Part shown: positions 10,814-23,480 of the stretch, one piece after another
How the letters are laid out: each line of letters starts with the position of its first letter
Numbering within the stretch: position 1 is the stretch's first letter
Origin: an uncultured Gammaproteobacteria bacterium
GTDB taxonomy: Bacteria > Pseudomonadota > Gammaproteobacteria > DRLM01
Direction: 5' to 3'
Assembly: GCA_963729605.1 (NCBI GenBank)
Contig: CAVSNY010000003.1
Coordinates: 224,001-288,000, forward strand
Length of the DNA: 64,000 nt
Notes under the pieces: model-generated
Databases searched by the model: none
What the model was told of the DNA's origin: nothing
The model's input: the letters and a program-made list of their open reading frames with translations, nothing else
Translations under genes and position numbers: made by a program

Positions 10814-13676
10814 TTAAGATTTTCGGCGGCGTTTCGCCGGCATCACATTGGTTTCCTGCAACACCGGCCGCAGGAAATGACCGGTGTACGAGCTTGGATG
10901 TTGCGCCACCGCTTCGGGCGTGCCCGCCGTGAGGATTTCGCCGCCTTTGTCGCCGCCCTCGGGGCCGAGATCGATCAGCCAGTCGGCGGTTTTGATCACG
11001 TCGAGATTGTGTTCGATGATCACGATGGTGTTGCCCTGATCGCGCAGCCGGTGCAATACGTCCAGCAATTGCTGAATGTCGTGGAAGTGCAGGCCCGTGG
11101 TGGGCTCGTCGAGGATGTAGAGGGTGCTGCCGGTGCCGCGTTTGGAGAGTTCGCGCGACAGTTTCACCCGCTGCGCCTCGCCGCCGGAAAGGGTGGTGGC
11201 GTTCTGGCCGAGGCGGATGTAGGAGAGTCCGACGTCCATCAAGGTCTGCAATTTGTTTCGCACCATGGGCACGGCGTCGAAAAACGTCAGCGCGTCTTCG
11301 ACGGTCATGTCCAGCACCTCGAAAATATTTTTACCCTTGAAGCGGATCTCCAGGGTTTCGCGGTTGTAGCGTTTGCCCTTGCACACATCGCATGCTACAT
11401 AAATGTCCGGCAGAAAGTGCATCTCCACCTTGATGACGCCGTCGCCCTGGCAGGCCTCGCAGCGCCCGCCTTTGACATTGAAGCTGAAACGGCCGGGGCC
11501 GTAGCCGCGCGCGCGCGCCTCCTGGGTGCCGGAGAACAGATCGCGAATCGGCGTAAACAAACCGGTATAGGTCGCCGGATTGGAGCGCGGCGTGCGGCCG
11601 ATCGGGCTTTGATCGATATTGATGACCTTGTCGAATTGTTCGAGGCCGACGATCTCCGCGCAGGGCGCCGCCTCCTCGGTGCTGCCGTTGATGACGCGCG
11701 CGGCTTGATGATAAAGCGTATCGTTGACCAGGGTGGATTTGCCGGAGCCGGACACGCCGGTGACGCAGGTCATCAGCCCCACCGGGATGTCGGCGTCGAC
11801 GCCTTTTAAATTATTGCCGCTGGCGCCGCGTATTTTCAGTTGCCGCGCCGGGTCGTTGGGGGTGCGGGCCTGCGGCACGGCGATGCTGCGTTGGCCGCTG
11901 AGATATTGGCCGGTGAGCGAGGCGGGGTTGGCGATCACCGCCTGCGGCGTGCCTTGCGCGACGATCTGGCCGCCGTGGACGCCGGCGCCGGGGCCGATGT
12001 CCACCACGTGGTCGGCGGCGCGGATGGCGTCTTCGTCGTGCTCCACCACGATCACCGTGTTGCCGAGTTCGCGCAGGTGACGCAAGGTGTCGAGCAGGCG
12101 CTGATTGTCGCGCTGGTGCAGGCCGATCGAGGGTTCGTCGAGCATGTACATCACGCCGACCAAACCGGCGCCGATCTGGCTCGCTAAACGTATGCGTTGC
12201 GCCTCGCCGCCGGACAGGGTGTCGGCGCTGCGGTCGAGGGTGAGGTAATCGAGACCGACGTTCACGAGGAAGGTGAGCCGCTCGCCGACCTCGCTTAAGA
12301 ATCTTGTCCGCGATTTCACCGCGCCGGCCGGGCAGGATCAGGTCGTGAAAGAATTGCTGGGCGCGCTCGATGGGCATCGCGGTCACCTCGGGCAGGGTGC
12401 GGCCGGCGAGATAGACATGGCGCGCCTCGGTGCGCAGCCGCGTCCCTTCGCAACTGGGGCAAGGCTGGTTGCTGAGGTATTTCGCCAGTTCTTCGCGCAC
12501 CGCGTTGGATTCGGTCTCGCGGTAGCGGCGTTCCATGTTGGGGATGATGCCTTCGAAAGGATGTTTGCGGCGGGTCTTGGTGCCGCGTTCGTTCAAATAA
12601 ACGAATTCGATTTCCTCGTCGCCGCTGCCGTACAGAATCACCTGGCGGATCTTGGCCGGCACGTCCTCGAAGGGGTCTTCCACGTCGAAGCGGTAATGGC
12701 GCGCCAGCGATTGCAGCATGTGGAAGTAATACACGTTGCGCCGGTCCCAGCCGCGGATCGCGCCGCCGGCGAGGCTCAAGGTGGCATCGACGATCACTCG
12801 CGCCGGGTCGAAGAATTGCTTCACGCCCAGACCGTCGCAGGTCGGGCAGGCCCCCGCCGGGTTGTTGAAGGAGAACAGGCGCGGCTCCAGCTCCGGCAGA
12901 CTGTAGCCGCACAACGGACAGGCGAACTTGGCGGAAAATACCAAGTCGTCGCGCCGGGGTTCGTCGATGAAGGCGATGCGCGCCAGTCCTTCGCTCATGG
13001 CCAGCGCGGTTTCGAAGGAATCCGCCAGGCGTTGCTGCACGTCGGCGCGCACCTTGAAGCGGTCGATCACCACCTCGATGCTGTGTTTCTTGCGCAGATC
13101 CAGCTTGGGCACCTCGTCGAGTTCGGTCACCGCGCCGTCGATGCGGGCGCGCACGAAACCCTGCGCGCGTAATTCGTCGATGAGTTTGTGGTGCTCGCCT
13201 TTGCGTTCCTGCACCACCGGCGCGAGCAGCATCAGCTTGCTGCCCTCCGGCAGGGCCAGCACCTGATCGACCATCTGGCTGACGGTTTGCGCCGCCAGCA
13301 CGGTGCCGTGGTCGGGGCAGCGCGGTTCGCCGGCGCGGGCGAACAGCAGACGCAGGTAATCGTAGATTTCGGTCATGGTGCCGACGGTGGAGCGGGGGTT
13401 GTGCGAGGTGGATTTCTGCTCGATGGAAATCGCCGGCGACAGACCTTCGATATGGTCGACGTCCGGCTTTTCCATCATCGACAAAAATTGCCGCGCGTAA
13501 CTGGAGAGCGATTCCACGTAGCGCCGTTGGCCTTCCGCATAAATGGTGTCGAAGGCCAGCGAGGATTTGCCCGAACCGGACAGGCCGGTGATGACGATCA
13601 ATTTGTCGCGCGGCAAATCCAGGTCGATGTTTTTTAGATTATGGGTGCGTGCGCCGCGTATCCGAATACTTTCCAT
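10814..13676 (-). CDS. uvrA: Excinuclease ABC subunit A, split by one frameshift near 12295
   Basis: [21 protein letters not shown], zinc fingers, two LSGGEAQR motifs; ORFs 11811-13841 and 10814-12319 join at [15 protein letters not shown]. Confidence 0.95.
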
Positions 13677-13752
13677 CCTAATTTCCCGCTCATGGTGCAA
13701 CCTGCTACTATACCCCCCCTTCGCGTGACGAGGCAAAAACGAGAAAACGCTT

Positions 13753-15126
13753 GTGACGGATGACAACATGACCCCCGGCGAGCGGCGCGCCACCCTGTCG
13801 CTGGCCGCGATCTTTTCCACCCGCATGTTGGGTTTATTCATGATCCTGCCGGTGTTCGCGCTCTATGCGCAACATCTGGAGGACGCCACCCCGGCCTTGA
13901 TGGGGCTGGCCATCGGTATTTACGGCTTGCTGCAGGCGGTGCTGGGCATCCCCTTCGGCATGCTTTCCGACCGGGTCGGCCGCAAGCCGGTGATCGTGGC
14001 GGGGCTGATCATTTTCATGATCGGCAGCGTGGTGGCGGCGCTGGCCGACTCGATCTGGGGCGTGATCCTCGGCCGGGCCCTGCAGGGCGGCGGCGCCATC
14101 GCGGCGGTGGTGATGGCCCTGGCGGCGGATTTGACCCGCGAGGAGCATCGGGTCAAATCCATGGCCACCATCGGTGCCAGCATCGGCATATCCTTCACCG
14201 TGGCGCTGGTCATCGGGCCGTTGCTGAATAAATGGATCGGGGTGCCCGGTATTTTCTGGGCGACCGCGGCGTTGGGATTGGCCGCCGTCGCGGTCTTGTA
14301 TCTGTGGGTGCCGCGGCCGGCGCAGAGCCGGTTGCATCGCGACGCCCAGGCGGTGCCCGCCTATTTCAGCACGGTATTACACAACCCAGAATTACTCCGT
14401 CTCGATTTCGGCTCTTTCACTTTGCATATGCTGCTCACCGCCAGTTTCGTGGTGACGCCCATCGCCTTGCGCGATCACGCCGGGCTGGCGGCGGATCACC
14501 ACTGGCTGGTGTATTTGGGGGTGATGGTAGTGGCGCTGGCGGTAATGGTGCCCTTCGTCATCATCGCCGAGAAGCGGCGCAAGATGAAGCCGATCTTCGT
14601 CGGCGCCATCGGCCTGCTGGTGGTCGCCGAGCTGGTGTTGATGAGCGGCTGGCAGACCCTCGGCGGGCTGGTGGCCGGCCTGCTGCTGTTCTTCATCGCC
14701 TTCAATTTATTGGAAGCCACCCTGCCGTCCCTGGTGGCCAAGATCACCCCGCCGGACAAAAAGGGCACCGCCATGGGTGTTTATACCAGTTCGCAATTCT
14801 TCGGCGCCTTTTGCGGCGGCGCGTTGGGCGGCTGGCTCTACGGCGAGGTGGGCATTAGCGGCGTATTCGCGCTGTGCGCGGTGATGGGCGCGCTCTGGGT
14901 GGGCGTGGCCGCCACCATGCGTCCCCCGCGGTATTTGTCCAGTCAATTGCTGCACCTGGGCGAGATCAGCCCGGCCGAGGCGGCGCCCTTGACCCAGCGC
15001 CTGCTGCTTATCCCCGGGGTGGCCGAGGCGGTGGTGATCGTCGAGGAGGGGGTGGCCTATCTCAAGGTGGATAAAAAGCTGCTCGACGCCGACGCCCTGC
15101 GTGAGTTTTGCGCGGCCGAGTCGTAA
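13753..15126 (+). CDS. MFS transporter (YajR-like)
   Basis: About 12 TM segments, [11 protein letters not shown] motif A, C-terminal YAM-like tail AYLKVDK; typical uvrA-MFS-ssb synteny. Confidence 0.9.
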   Translation: MTDDNMTPGERRATLSLAAIFSTRMLGLFMILPVFALYAQHLEDATPALMGLAIGIYGLLQAVLGIPFGMLSDRVGRKPVIVAGLIIFMIGSVVAALADSIWGVILGRALQGGGAIAAVVMALAADLTREEHRVKSMATIGASIGISFTVALVIGPLLNKWIGVPGIFWATAALGLAAVAVLYLWVPRPAQSRLHRDAQAVPAYFSTVLHNPELLRLDFGSFTLHMLLTASFVVTPIALRDHAGLAADHHWLVYLGVMVVALAVMVPFVIIAEKRRKMKPIFVGAIGLLVVAELVLMSGWQTLGGLVAGLLLFFIAFNLLEATLPSLVAKITPPDKKGTAMGVYTSSQFFGAFCGGALGGWLYGEVGISGVFALCAVMGALWVGVAATMRPPRYLSSQLLHLGEISPAEAAPLTQRLLLIPGVAEAVVIVEEGVAYLKVDKKLLDADALREFCAAES

Positions 15127-15209
15127 ACTAGGGATTGCGCGCGGTGGCATAGCGCGGGTGTACAGCAAACGGCGGCGATCGGGCGGCCGTCAACAATGGG
15201 GTGATGACC

Positions 15210-15677
15210 ATGGCAAAAGGCATAAACAAAGTAATTTTGATCGGCAACCTGGGCAAAGACCCCGAAGTGCGCTACATGCCCAGCGGCGGTGCGGTGGCCA
15301 ATGTCACGCTCGCCACCAGCGAGTCGTGGAAAGACAAGCAGAGCGGCGAGAACCAAGAACGCACCGAGTGGCACAACGTGGTGTTTTTCAATCGCCTGGC
15401 CGAGATCGCCGGGGAATATCTGAAGAAGGGCTCCAAGGTCTACGTCGAAGGCTCCTTGCGTACCCGCAAGTGGCAGGACAAAAACGGTCAGGACCGCTAC
15501 ACCACCGAGATCGTGGCCGGCGAGATGCAGATGCTCGACAGCCGCGGCGCGGGCGGCGGCGGTGCCCCGGCGGCGGGCCGTGAGGGCAGTGGCGGCGGCA
15601 ACTGGCAGAAAGAGTCTTCCTCCTCCGCCGGTTCACCGGCCCCGGCCGGCGATTTCGACGACGACATCCCGTTTTAA
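15210..15677 (+). CDS. ssb: Single-stranded DNA-binding protein
   Basis: [15 protein letters not shown] and C-terminal DFDDDIPF. Confidence 0.98.
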   Translation: MAKGINKVILIGNLGKDPEVRYMPSGGAVANVTLATSESWKDKQSGENQERTEWHNVVFFNRLAEIAGEYLKKGSKVYVEGSLRTRKWQDKNGQDRYTTEIVAGEMQMLDSRGAGGGGAPAAGREGSGGGNWQKESSSSAGSPAPAGDFDDDIPF

Positions 15678-15784
15678 TCCGGAAAAAAGCTGAGGGCAAC
15701 GGACGGCGTGAGTACCCGTGGGGACGGGTGCCGCCCGCGGCCGCCGCAGGGGTAGTGCGAAAAGAATAATCGGGGGCTGATCAC

Positions 15785-16951
15785 ATGAATCTACACGAGT
15801 TTCAGGCCAAGCAATTGTTTGCCTTCTACGGCATCGCGGTACCGCCCGGCGGCGAGGCGGACAGCGCCGAGGCGGCGCGCGCGACGGCCAGCCGGCTCGG
15901 CGGCGAGGAGTGGGTGGTCAAGGCCCAGGTCCACGCCGGCGGCCGCGGCAAGGCCGGCGGCGTCAAACGGGCCAAGAGCCTCGATGACGTGGAGGCCGCC
16001 ACCCTGGCCCTCTTGGGCACGCGGTTGATCACTCACCAGACGCCCCCCGAAGGCTTGCCGATACACCATGTCTTGATCGAGCCGGTCTCGCAGGTCGTCC
16101 GCGAACTGTATCTCGGCGCGGTGATCGACCGCGCCCGCGAGCGGGTGGTATTCATGGCCTCCAGCATGGGCGGCATGGACATCGAACAGGTCGCCGCCGC
16201 CCAGCCGGAACAGATACTCACCCTCGCCGTCGATCCGGTGGTCGGCCTGCAACCCTATCAGGTGCGCCAGGTGGGTTTCGCGCTCAAGCTCGACATGCAA
16301 CAATTCGCCGCGCTGAACGCGGTGATGAACGGGCTGTACCGCCTGTTCATGGAGAAGGACGTCAGCCTGGTGGAGATCAATCCGCTGGTGGTGACCGGTA
16401 CCGGCGAGTTGATCGCGGTGGACGCCAAGCTCAATCTCGACGACAACGCCCTGTTCCGCCATCCCGATCTGCTGGCCTTGAAAGATCCCAGTCAGGAAAA
16501 CGAGATGGAATTGGAGGCCGAGAAACACGGCCTCAATTACGTGCCGCTCGACGGCAGTATCGCCTGCATGGTCAACGGCGCGGGCCTTGCCATGGCCACC
16601 ATGGACATTATCAAACTGCATGGCGGCGAGCCGGCCAATTTTCTCGACGTCGGCGGCGGCACCACCGCGGAACGGGTGGCCGAGGCCTTCAAGCTGATTC
16701 TTTCCGATAAAAAAGTGAAGGCGGTGCTGGTGAACATCTTCGGCGGCATCGTGCGCTGCGACCTTATCGCCGAGGGCATCATCAAGGCCGTGCAGGAAGT
16801 GCATGTGACGGTGCCGGTGGTCGTGCGGCTACAGGGCACCAATGTGGAAAAAGGCAAAGCGATGTTGAAGGAGAGCGGGCTCGCCATCACTGCGGCCGAC
16901 GATCTCAGCGGCGCCGCGGCGACGGTGGTCAAGCTGGCGGCGGGGGCCTGA
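15785..16951 (+). CDS. sucC: Succinyl-CoA synthetase beta subunit
   Basis: [45 protein letters not shown]. Confidence 0.97.
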   Translation: MNLHEFQAKQLFAFYGIAVPPGGEADSAEAARATASRLGGEEWVVKAQVHAGGRGKAGGVKRAKSLDDVEAATLALLGTRLITHQTPPEGLPIHHVLIEPVSQVVRELYLGAVIDRARERVVFMASSMGGMDIEQVAAAQPEQILTLAVDPVVGLQPYQVRQVGFALKLDMQQFAALNAVMNGLYRLFMEKDVSLVEINPLVVTGTGELIAVDAKLNLDDNALFRHPDLLALKDPSQENEMELEAEKHGLNYVPLDGSIACMVNGAGLAMATMDIIKLHGGEPANFLDVGGGTTAERVAEAFKLILSDKKVKAVLVNIFGGIVRCDLIAEGIIKAVQEVHVTVPVVVRLQGTNVEKGKAMLKESGLAITAADDLSGAAATVVKLAAGA

Positions 16952-16954
16952 GGC

Positions 16955-17827
16955 ATGTCGATACTCATCAATAAAAATACCCGGGTGATTTGCCAAGGGT
17001 TCACCGGCAAGCAGGGCACCTTTCATTCGCAGCAGGCCATCGACTACGGCACCCAACTGGTGGGCGGGGTGACGCCGGGCAAGGGCGGACAACTGCATCT
17101 CGATCGGCCGGTATTCGATACCGTGCGCGACGCGGTGCAGGCGACCAAGGCCGACGCCACCATGATCTACGTGCCGGCGCCGTACGCGGCCGACGCGATA
17201 CTGGAGGCGGCCGACGCCGGCATCGCCACCATCGTCTGCATCACCGAAGGCATCCCGGTGGTGGACATGCTGAAGGTGAAGGCGGCGTTGAAACACTACA
17301 ACGCCCGTCTCATCGGCCCGAATTGTCCGGGCGTGATTACCCCCGGCGAATGCAAAATCGGCATCATGCCGGGCTCGATCCACAAGAAAGGCAGCATCGG
17401 CATCGTCTCGCGTTCCGGCACCTTGACCTATGAGGCCGTGCATCAGACGACCATGAACGGCCTGGGGCAGAGCACCTGCGTCGGCATCGGCGGCGATCCC
17501 ATCCAAGGCACCAACTTCATCGACTGCCTGCAACTCTTCGAGCAGGACCGCCAGACCAAAGGCATCGTCATGGTCGGCGAGATCGGCGGTACCGCCGAGG
17601 AAGAGGCGGCGGACTATATTCGTTCGAGCATGCGTAAACCGGTGGTGGCCTACATCGCCGGCGTCACCGCGCCGACAGGCAAACGCATGGGCCATGCCGG
17701 CGCCATCATTGCCGGCGGCAAGGGCCGGGCGAAAGACAAGATCGCGGCGCTGGAGGCGGCGGGTGTGAGCGTGGCCTATTCCCCGGCCGACATCGGCAAA
17801 CGCATGTTGGAGTTTTTTACGGGCTGA
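16955..17827 (+). CDS. sucD: Succinyl-CoA synthetase alpha subunit
   Basis: [34 protein letters not shown]. Confidence 0.97.
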   Translation: MSILINKNTRVICQGFTGKQGTFHSQQAIDYGTQLVGGVTPGKGGQLHLDRPVFDTVRDAVQATKADATMIYVPAPYAADAILEAADAGIATIVCITEGIPVVDMLKVKAALKHYNARLIGPNCPGVITPGECKIGIMPGSIHKKGSIGIVSRSGTLTYEAVHQTTMNGLGQSTCVGIGGDPIQGTNFIDCLQLFEQDRQTKGIVMVGEIGGTAEEEAADYIRSSMRKPVVAYIAGVTAPTGKRMGHAGAIIAGGKGRAKDKIAALEAAGVSVAYSPADIGKRMLEFFTG

Positions 17828-17840
17828 GCAGGGTGTGCAG

Positions 17841-17944
17841 CCTCTCTCCAGCGCGGGGAAGGGAAGCCGGGGTCTGGCGACAAAACGCACGTGTTTCCGT
17901 TCGCCGCTCTTACCCTGTCCTTCTCCCGTTTACGGGAGAGGGGG
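17841..17944. repeat. Degenerate REP-like palindromic pair
   Basis: CCTCTCTCC..GGGGAAGGG and CCTTCTCCCGTTTACGGGAGAGGGG hairpins between sucD and nadE; similar purine/pyrimidine hairpins near 33010-33048 and 41062-41090. Confidence 0.45.
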
Positions 17945-18025
17945 CGTGTTCACCTGATCTAGCGGCAAACGATGACGGCAATAAGACGTTTCTCCGGCGG
18001 GACGGAGCGAGGAGATCGATAAATA

Positions 18026-19669
18026 GTGACGCAGCAACTACGAGTGGCGCTGGCCCAGCTCAATATGCTGGTGGGCGATGTGGCGGGCAATGTCGCGAAG
18101 GCGGCGGCGGCGCTCGCCCGCGCGCGCGATGAGTTGCGCGCCGACGTGGTGATCTTTCCCGAACTCACCCTCACCGGTTATCCGCCCGAAGATTTATTGC
18201 TGCGCCCCGGCCTGCACCGCCAGGTGTTGCACGGCCTTGAAGAACTCAAACGCCAGGTGACCGGCATCGACGTGGTGCTGGGTTATCCCGCGCCCGCCGT
18301 CGACGGCCTGCACAACAGCGCCTCGCTGCTGCGCGAGGGCAAGATCATCGCCACGTATCACAAACAACATCTTCCCAATTACAGCGTGTTCGACGAGAAG
18401 CGCTACTTCGTGCCCGGCAATGAGGCGACGGTGGTGGAGATCCGCGGCGTGCCGGTGGCCCTCACCATTTGCGAAGACCTTTGGCACCTCGGTCCCATGG
18501 CGCAGGCCAAGGCGGCGGGGGCGGCGCTGATGTTCAATCTCAACGCCTCGCCCTATCACGCCTGCAAAGGCGATGAGCGCGAGGCTGTGCTGCGGGAACG
18601 TTTGGTGGAGGCGGCCATGCCCGTCGTCTACGTGAATCAAGTGGGCGGGCAGGATGAGTTGATATTCGACGGCGAGTCCTTGGTGATGAACGGCGAGGGT
18701 GAGGTCGTGCTGCGGGCCCGGCCCTTCGTCGAAGAGATTTATTTAGCCGAATTCGATGTGCGGAACGGTGTGGCTTTCCCGCGGCCGGGGGTGAAACACA
18801 CTCCGTTGTCCGAGGTGGAGAGTATTTATCGCGCGGTGGTGCTGGGCGTGCGCGATTACATCGAGAAAAACGGCTTCCTCGGCGCGGTGATCGGCCTTTC
18901 CGGGGGCGTCGATTCGGCGCTCACACTGGCCATCGCGGTGGACGCCATCGGCGCCGGACGGGTGGAGGCGGTGATGATGCCTTCGCGCTACACCGCGCAG
19001 ATGAGCCTCGACGACGCGGAACGGCAAGCAAAGACGCTGGGCGTGGAATACCACGTCATTTCCATCGAGCCCGCCTTCAACGCCTTCCTCGCCAGTTTGC
19101 AGGATGAGCTGGCCGGCACGGCGCCGGACACCACCGAAGAGAATATTCAAGCCCGCTGCCGCGGGGTGATCCTGATGGCCATCTCCAATAAAAAAGGTAA
19201 GATTCTGCTCACCACCGGCAATAAGAGCGAGATGGCGGTAGGGTATGCCACCCTTTACGGCGACATGGCGGGAGGTTATGCGCCCATCAAGGATCTGCCC
19301 AAGACCATGGTGTATCAATTGGCGCGTTACCGTAACGGTGTGGCGCCGGTGATTCCGCGGCGGGTGCTGGAGCGGCCGCCGTCGGCGGAGTTGCGGCCCG
19401 ATCAACAAGATCAAGACAGTCTGCCGCCCTACGAAATTCTCGATCCTATCCTGGAAATGTATGTGGAACAGGACAAGGCGCCGGAAGAGATCATCGCCGC
19501 CGGCTTCGAACGCGAGACGGTGCTGCGGGTGGTAGCGATGGTCAATCGCAACGAATACAAACGCCGCCAGGCGCCGCCGGGGGTGCGGGTGACTCGGCGC
19601 GCCTTCGGCCGCGACCGCCGTTATCCGATTACCAGCGGCTATCGCAATCAGCCCCGGCTCGCGCATTGA
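18026..19669 (+). CDS. nadE: Glutamine-dependent NAD+ synthetase
   Basis: Nitrilase domain (FPEL, KQHLPNY, ICEDLW) plus GLSGGVDS, ENIQAR, TGNKSE. Confidence 0.96.
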   Translation: MTQQLRVALAQLNMLVGDVAGNVAKAAAALARARDELRADVVIFPELTLTGYPPEDLLLRPGLHRQVLHGLEELKRQVTGIDVVLGYPAPAVDGLHNSASLLREGKIIATYHKQHLPNYSVFDEKRYFVPGNEATVVEIRGVPVALTICEDLWHLGPMAQAKAAGAALMFNLNASPYHACKGDEREAVLRERLVEAAMPVVYVNQVGGQDELIFDGESLVMNGEGEVVLRARPFVEEIYLAEFDVRNGVAFPRPGVKHTPLSEVESIYRAVVLGVRDYIEKNGFLGAVIGLSGGVDSALTLAIAVDAIGAGRVEAVMMPSRYTAQMSLDDAERQAKTLGVEYHVISIEPAFNAFLASLQDELAGTAPDTTEENIQARCRGVILMAISNKKGKILLTTGNKSEMAVGYATLYGDMAGGYAPIKDLPKTMVYQLARYRNGVAPVIPRRVLERPPSAELRPDQQDQDSLPPYEILDPILEMYVEQDKAPEEIIAAGFERETVLRVVAMVNRNEYKRRQAPPGVRVTRRAFGRDRRYPITSGYRNQPRLAH

Positions 19670-19752
19670 AACGGCAATGGCTTTTAAGTGAAGTCCGGCG
19701 GGTTACCGGAAGTCGAAAAATGGCTATCATGTCCGTTAATCGGATGGAATAA

Positions 19753-20142
<390 letters not shown>

Positions 20143-20505
20143 TCAGCGCTTGGCTACCGATAGTGCGCGATCTCGCGGACTCTCGCCCCATCCTTGTTTG
20201 CGCGACATCGGTTTCACCAATCCCCAGCCTGGCGGGCACCCGTGCGCGCTGCCCGCCAGGTTTGCCATCTTCGTTAATATGACTGATCAATATTCTCTGC
20301 CAAGCCGAGATCATGGGACGATGGATTGCGATGACGGTGCTGAAATGAGACCGGGGTTCGTAAAAATAATATGACGACTTCAGTGTTTTAAGTTTTTAGC
20401 CGGGGAAAAATCGACGGCACGATGATACATGTCGCGCGTGATCACTTCAGTGCGATGGTTTTGATGCGCTTCAATCCCTAGTACGGCGCCTCGATAGACC
20501 GCCTC

Positions 20506-20817
20506 TCAGCGTTTGTTGAAACGCTGCTCAATTTCCGCTTCGGCCGCCAACCAGTCTTCGTTGGGATCGCCGCTGAAGCCGCGCCGTTCCGCGCGTAGAT
20601 AGGCGGCAACCGCAATCATGCCGCGGCGCTGATCTTCATTGGGCTGATCCGGTGCTACCGCCGCGCGTTCCGCGGTCATTTTTTTCGGCATGGCTTTACG
20701 GGTGATGGTGGGACCGATCTCGGGTTTCGCCGCTGTTTTCGTGCCGGATTTCGCGGAGCTCATTTTGCCGCCGCTCTTTCCGCCGCTGGTGGCTGGGACT
20801 TTACCTAGATTATCCAT
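20506..20817 (-). CDS. DUF2934 domain protein with Lys/Ala-rich N-terminus
   Basis: RRGMIAVAAYLRAERRGF..EDWLAAEAEI. Confidence 0.85.
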   Translation of the reverse strand: MDNLGKVPATSGGKSGGKMSSAKSGTKTAAKPEIGPTITRKAMPKKMTAERAAVAPDQPNEDQRRGMIAVAAYLRAERRGFSGDPNEDWLAAEAEIEQRFNKR

Positions 20818-20903
20818 GGTTCGATTCCTCTAATGGAGGGAAGGCAGAGTGGGGGATTGCCGATTACCAACATAATAATAGTACACATCGGCGGGTTTGG
20901 AGT

Positions 20904-21206
20904 TCACAGCAATTCAAATTCGCGCAGGGGCAGCGGGTGGGGTTGGGCAAGATATTTTTTGCGTTCCGCCACGGCGTAACGCAGGGCGCGATGCAAAGTA
21001 AAACCATCGGGAATACCCTTTGATTCGCGGATCGCCACTGCTTTATAGGCCATTTCCAGGGTGATAAATGGCACGGGACTGACCAGGATATGGCGCGCCG
21101 CTTGCCACGTAATGGAATCGGGTTGTTCTAAAAGGGTGCGCAACGAAGCGCGATCCACGGCCGCTAATGGACCTTCGCAGCCGGTACAAGCGTCAATAAT
21201 CTGCAT
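20904..21206 (-). CDS. Hypothetical protein
   Basis: 100-aa ORF with strong AGGAGGG RBS; CxxC near the N-terminus. Confidence 0.6.
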   Translation of the reverse strand: MQIIDACTGCEGPLAAVDRASLRTLLEQPDSITWQAARHILVSPVPFITLEMAYKAVAIRESKGIPDGFTLHRALRYAVAERKKYLAQPHPLPLREFELL

Positions 21207-21366
21207 GATTATCCCTCCTTATGCGCTGCTCCGGCCCCCAGCGGATGTAATAGTCAAATAGATGACGAGTTTATTGAGGGGGCAAGGAGATATATGCAGA
21301 TATCAGGCCATTGCCGGAAGGCAAACCGCCGTCAAAATTCTAAGAGGGAATTATTCAGAGCTTCTC

Positions 21367-22584
21367 TTAATAATAAAAACTCAGTTCGACTTGCAGGTAA
21401 TCGTCGTTGCGGAAATGGGATAACAAGTCATCGCCGCTATGCGTGAAACCACGCGCCTCGATCGCCAGTTTCCAGCTGGCGCCGACGCGGCGGTTGGCCT
21501 CGAGGCTCAACGAACTGGCCCGGCTTTGGCGATCGACGATCGCGGCGATCAGCAGGTCGCTGCTTTGCACGTCGTTGAAGGTGAAGCGCAAGCCCAGCAT
21601 GAGGTCGTCTTGAAAGGGATTGGGACTGGCGCCGCCGCGTTCGTCGTAGAGATACTCCGCCACCAGCCCCAGGTCGGTGGCGTTATCGAAGGGGCCGGAG
21701 AGGGTGTATTCGAATCCGCCGGTGGCCGCGTAATAGGCGGGGCCCTGGCCGACGCGGCGTATCGCCTCGAGCTTCCACAACCAGGCGGCGCGGGTGAGCT
21801 GCATGTCCAGGCCGGTTTGATCGATGAGGTCGTAGCGCGGTATCAGCACCGCTTCGCCGCGGTCGTTGAGGCTGGGCGACAGACGCGGTTCGCGGCTGGT
21901 GCCGCTGAAGTGGGACAGCCCCAGGTCCCAATCGCCGAGGGTGCGGCGCCAGCGCAGCGCGGCGTCGAGGTGGTGTCGTTTTGCCGAGGAGGCGTAAACG
22001 GCTTGCGAGGTATCGACCGGCAATTGCGTGCGCAGCCGGCCTTCCACGCCGGGGAAAATGCGTTCGCGGAAGCCCGGCAGTAAAAAGAAATCGAGCGTGC
22101 CCCAGTCGCGGATCAGGGCGAGGTTGATCATGGGCTGCCCCAATTTTTCCTCGCCGTCGGGATTTTCCACCAAATCGGTTTGGTTGATGATGTCCACCAA
22201 ATGCTGCGATTCGGTGACTCCCCAAAAAATCTTGCGAATGCCGGCGCTCAATTCCCAGTCTCGAGCCGCGTGTTGCCAGGTCAGTTCGCGGATGTCGGCG
22301 TGAGTACGCTCGGCGTCGTGTTGATCCCAGCGAAGAAAAGGCACGAAGGTCAGGCTGTCTCTTCCATCATTCCAGCGCGCGTAATATTCGGGCTCGGCGA
22401 ACAGCGAGAGATTGTTTCCCGCCTGGCGCGGGTCGAGGGGCGCGGCGGTAAACAGCCGCAGTTCCGCGCCGACCCGCCCCGACCATTCGCCGGCGTAGGT
22501 GTTTTGACCGGGAATGCCGCCGCACAGTAGCGCCGTGCCGAGCAGGATCCGCCGCGCGAGAGGAATGGAGCGCACTGACATCAT
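21367..22584 (-). CDS. Putative outer-membrane beta-barrel protein
   Basis: Signal peptide, amphipathic strands, terminal YLQVELSFYY (BAM-type aromatic end); coupled to the LolA-like gene. Confidence 0.8.
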   Translation of the reverse strand: MMSVRSIPLARRILLGTALLCGGIPGQNTYAGEWSGRVGAELRLFTAAPLDPRQAGNNLSLFAEPEYYARWNDGRDSLTFVPFLRWDQHDAERTHADIRELTWQHAARDWELSAGIRKIFWGVTESQHLVDIINQTDLVENPDGEEKLGQPMINLALIRDWGTLDFFLLPGFRERIFPGVEGRLRTQLPVDTSQAVYASSAKRHHLDAALRWRRTLGDWDLGLSHFSGTSREPRLSPSLNDRGEAVLIPRYDLIDQTGLDMQLTRAAWLWKLEAIRRVGQGPAYYAATGGFEYTLSGPFDNATDLGLVAEYLYDERGGASPNPFQDDLMLGLRFTFNDVQSSDLLIAAIVDRQSRASSLSLEANRRVGASWKLAIEARGFTHSGDDLLSHFRNDDYLQVELSFYY

Positions 22585-23370
22585 TCACTTGGCCCGTTGC
22601 AAACTGTTCTGGTCGAAATCCCGTTCGGTGAGGCCGGTGCGGAAGCGATAATTCTTCCAGATGAGGGTGGTGGTCTTGCCGGTCTGATGATTGACCATCC
22701 GCATCTCGTCGGGGCGCCAGTATTGCTGCAGGTATTGCTGATAGCCGTGATTGGTGAGTGTCTTCAGCAGGCTGTCCTTGCGATCGTAAAATTCGATTTT
22801 CAACGGGCGGTAGTGCTGTTTGTCCACCCACACCCATTGTTTGGTATAACCCGAATATTCATCGGTCGGCCGGCGTTCCACCACGAAACAGTCTTGGCCG
22901 TCGAAGCTTTCATCGCGCAGATAATTGTAGGTGTATTTTGCGAGTTCCTGCGACGAGATGTCTTCGTAGGCGAATTCGCTGCCCATGAACGGCCCGGATT
23001 TGTTGGAGGAGGAAATGCGTTTGACGCGCTTCAAGGCTGGCAGATAAAGCCATTGGTCGTCGGGCCGGGTGGCGTGGGTGTAGCTGAGAAAGGCCGTGCC
23101 TTTGACGTCCGCCGGTTCGTCGAAGATCGCCAGACTTTTATCGCCGTCGTTTTTCACTTCCAATGTGCGCGAACGAATGGCGCGCACGCTTTGGTCGCCC
23201 TGCCGGTTGCGCAGGATCATGGTCATGTCGGCGGTGAAATCCTCAAAGCCGCTGTCGCGGCGATCCGCTTCGGTTGCGATGGCCAGGCCTTTTTCCTGGG
23301 TGGTTGCGGCCGCCAATTCGCCCGCCAGCAGGCTAAGCGCGAGTAAGGGTAATAACAGCATTCGTCGCAT
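22585..23370 (-). CDS. Outer-membrane lipoprotein-sorting (LolA-like) protein
   Basis: FDEPADVKGTAFL, DDQWLYLPALKRVKRIS, FMGSEFAYED, KIEFYDRK. Confidence 0.9.
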   Translation of the reverse strand: MRRMLLLPLLALSLLAGELAAATTQEKGLAIATEADRRDSGFEDFTADMTMILRNRQGDQSVRAIRSRTLEVKNDGDKSLAIFDEPADVKGTAFLSYTHATRPDDQWLYLPALKRVKRISSSNKSGPFMGSEFAYEDISSQELAKYTYNYLRDESFDGQDCFVVERRPTDEYSGYTKQWVWVDKQHYRPLKIEFYDRKDSLLKTLTNHGYQQYLQQYWRPDEMRMVNHQTGKTTTLIWKNYRFRTGLTERDFDQNSLQRAK

Positions 23371-23480
23371 CGAGAGTTCTCCCTCTTGTCACTGTTGGCT
23401 TCGTCATGAAGACGCGGCACCAGCGCCGGCACAGCAAGGCGCGCGATCAATTACGGGGACTATATTTAACATGCTGAAAA

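Noticed and set aside
12285-12305. Programmed ribosomal frameshift in uvrA
   Set aside because: No slippery heptamer or stimulatory structure, and none is known for uvrA; an indel is simpler
21318-21350. c-di-GMP-I riboswitch (GGCAAACC)
   Set aside because: No following GAAA tetraloop stem or GACGCAAAG element
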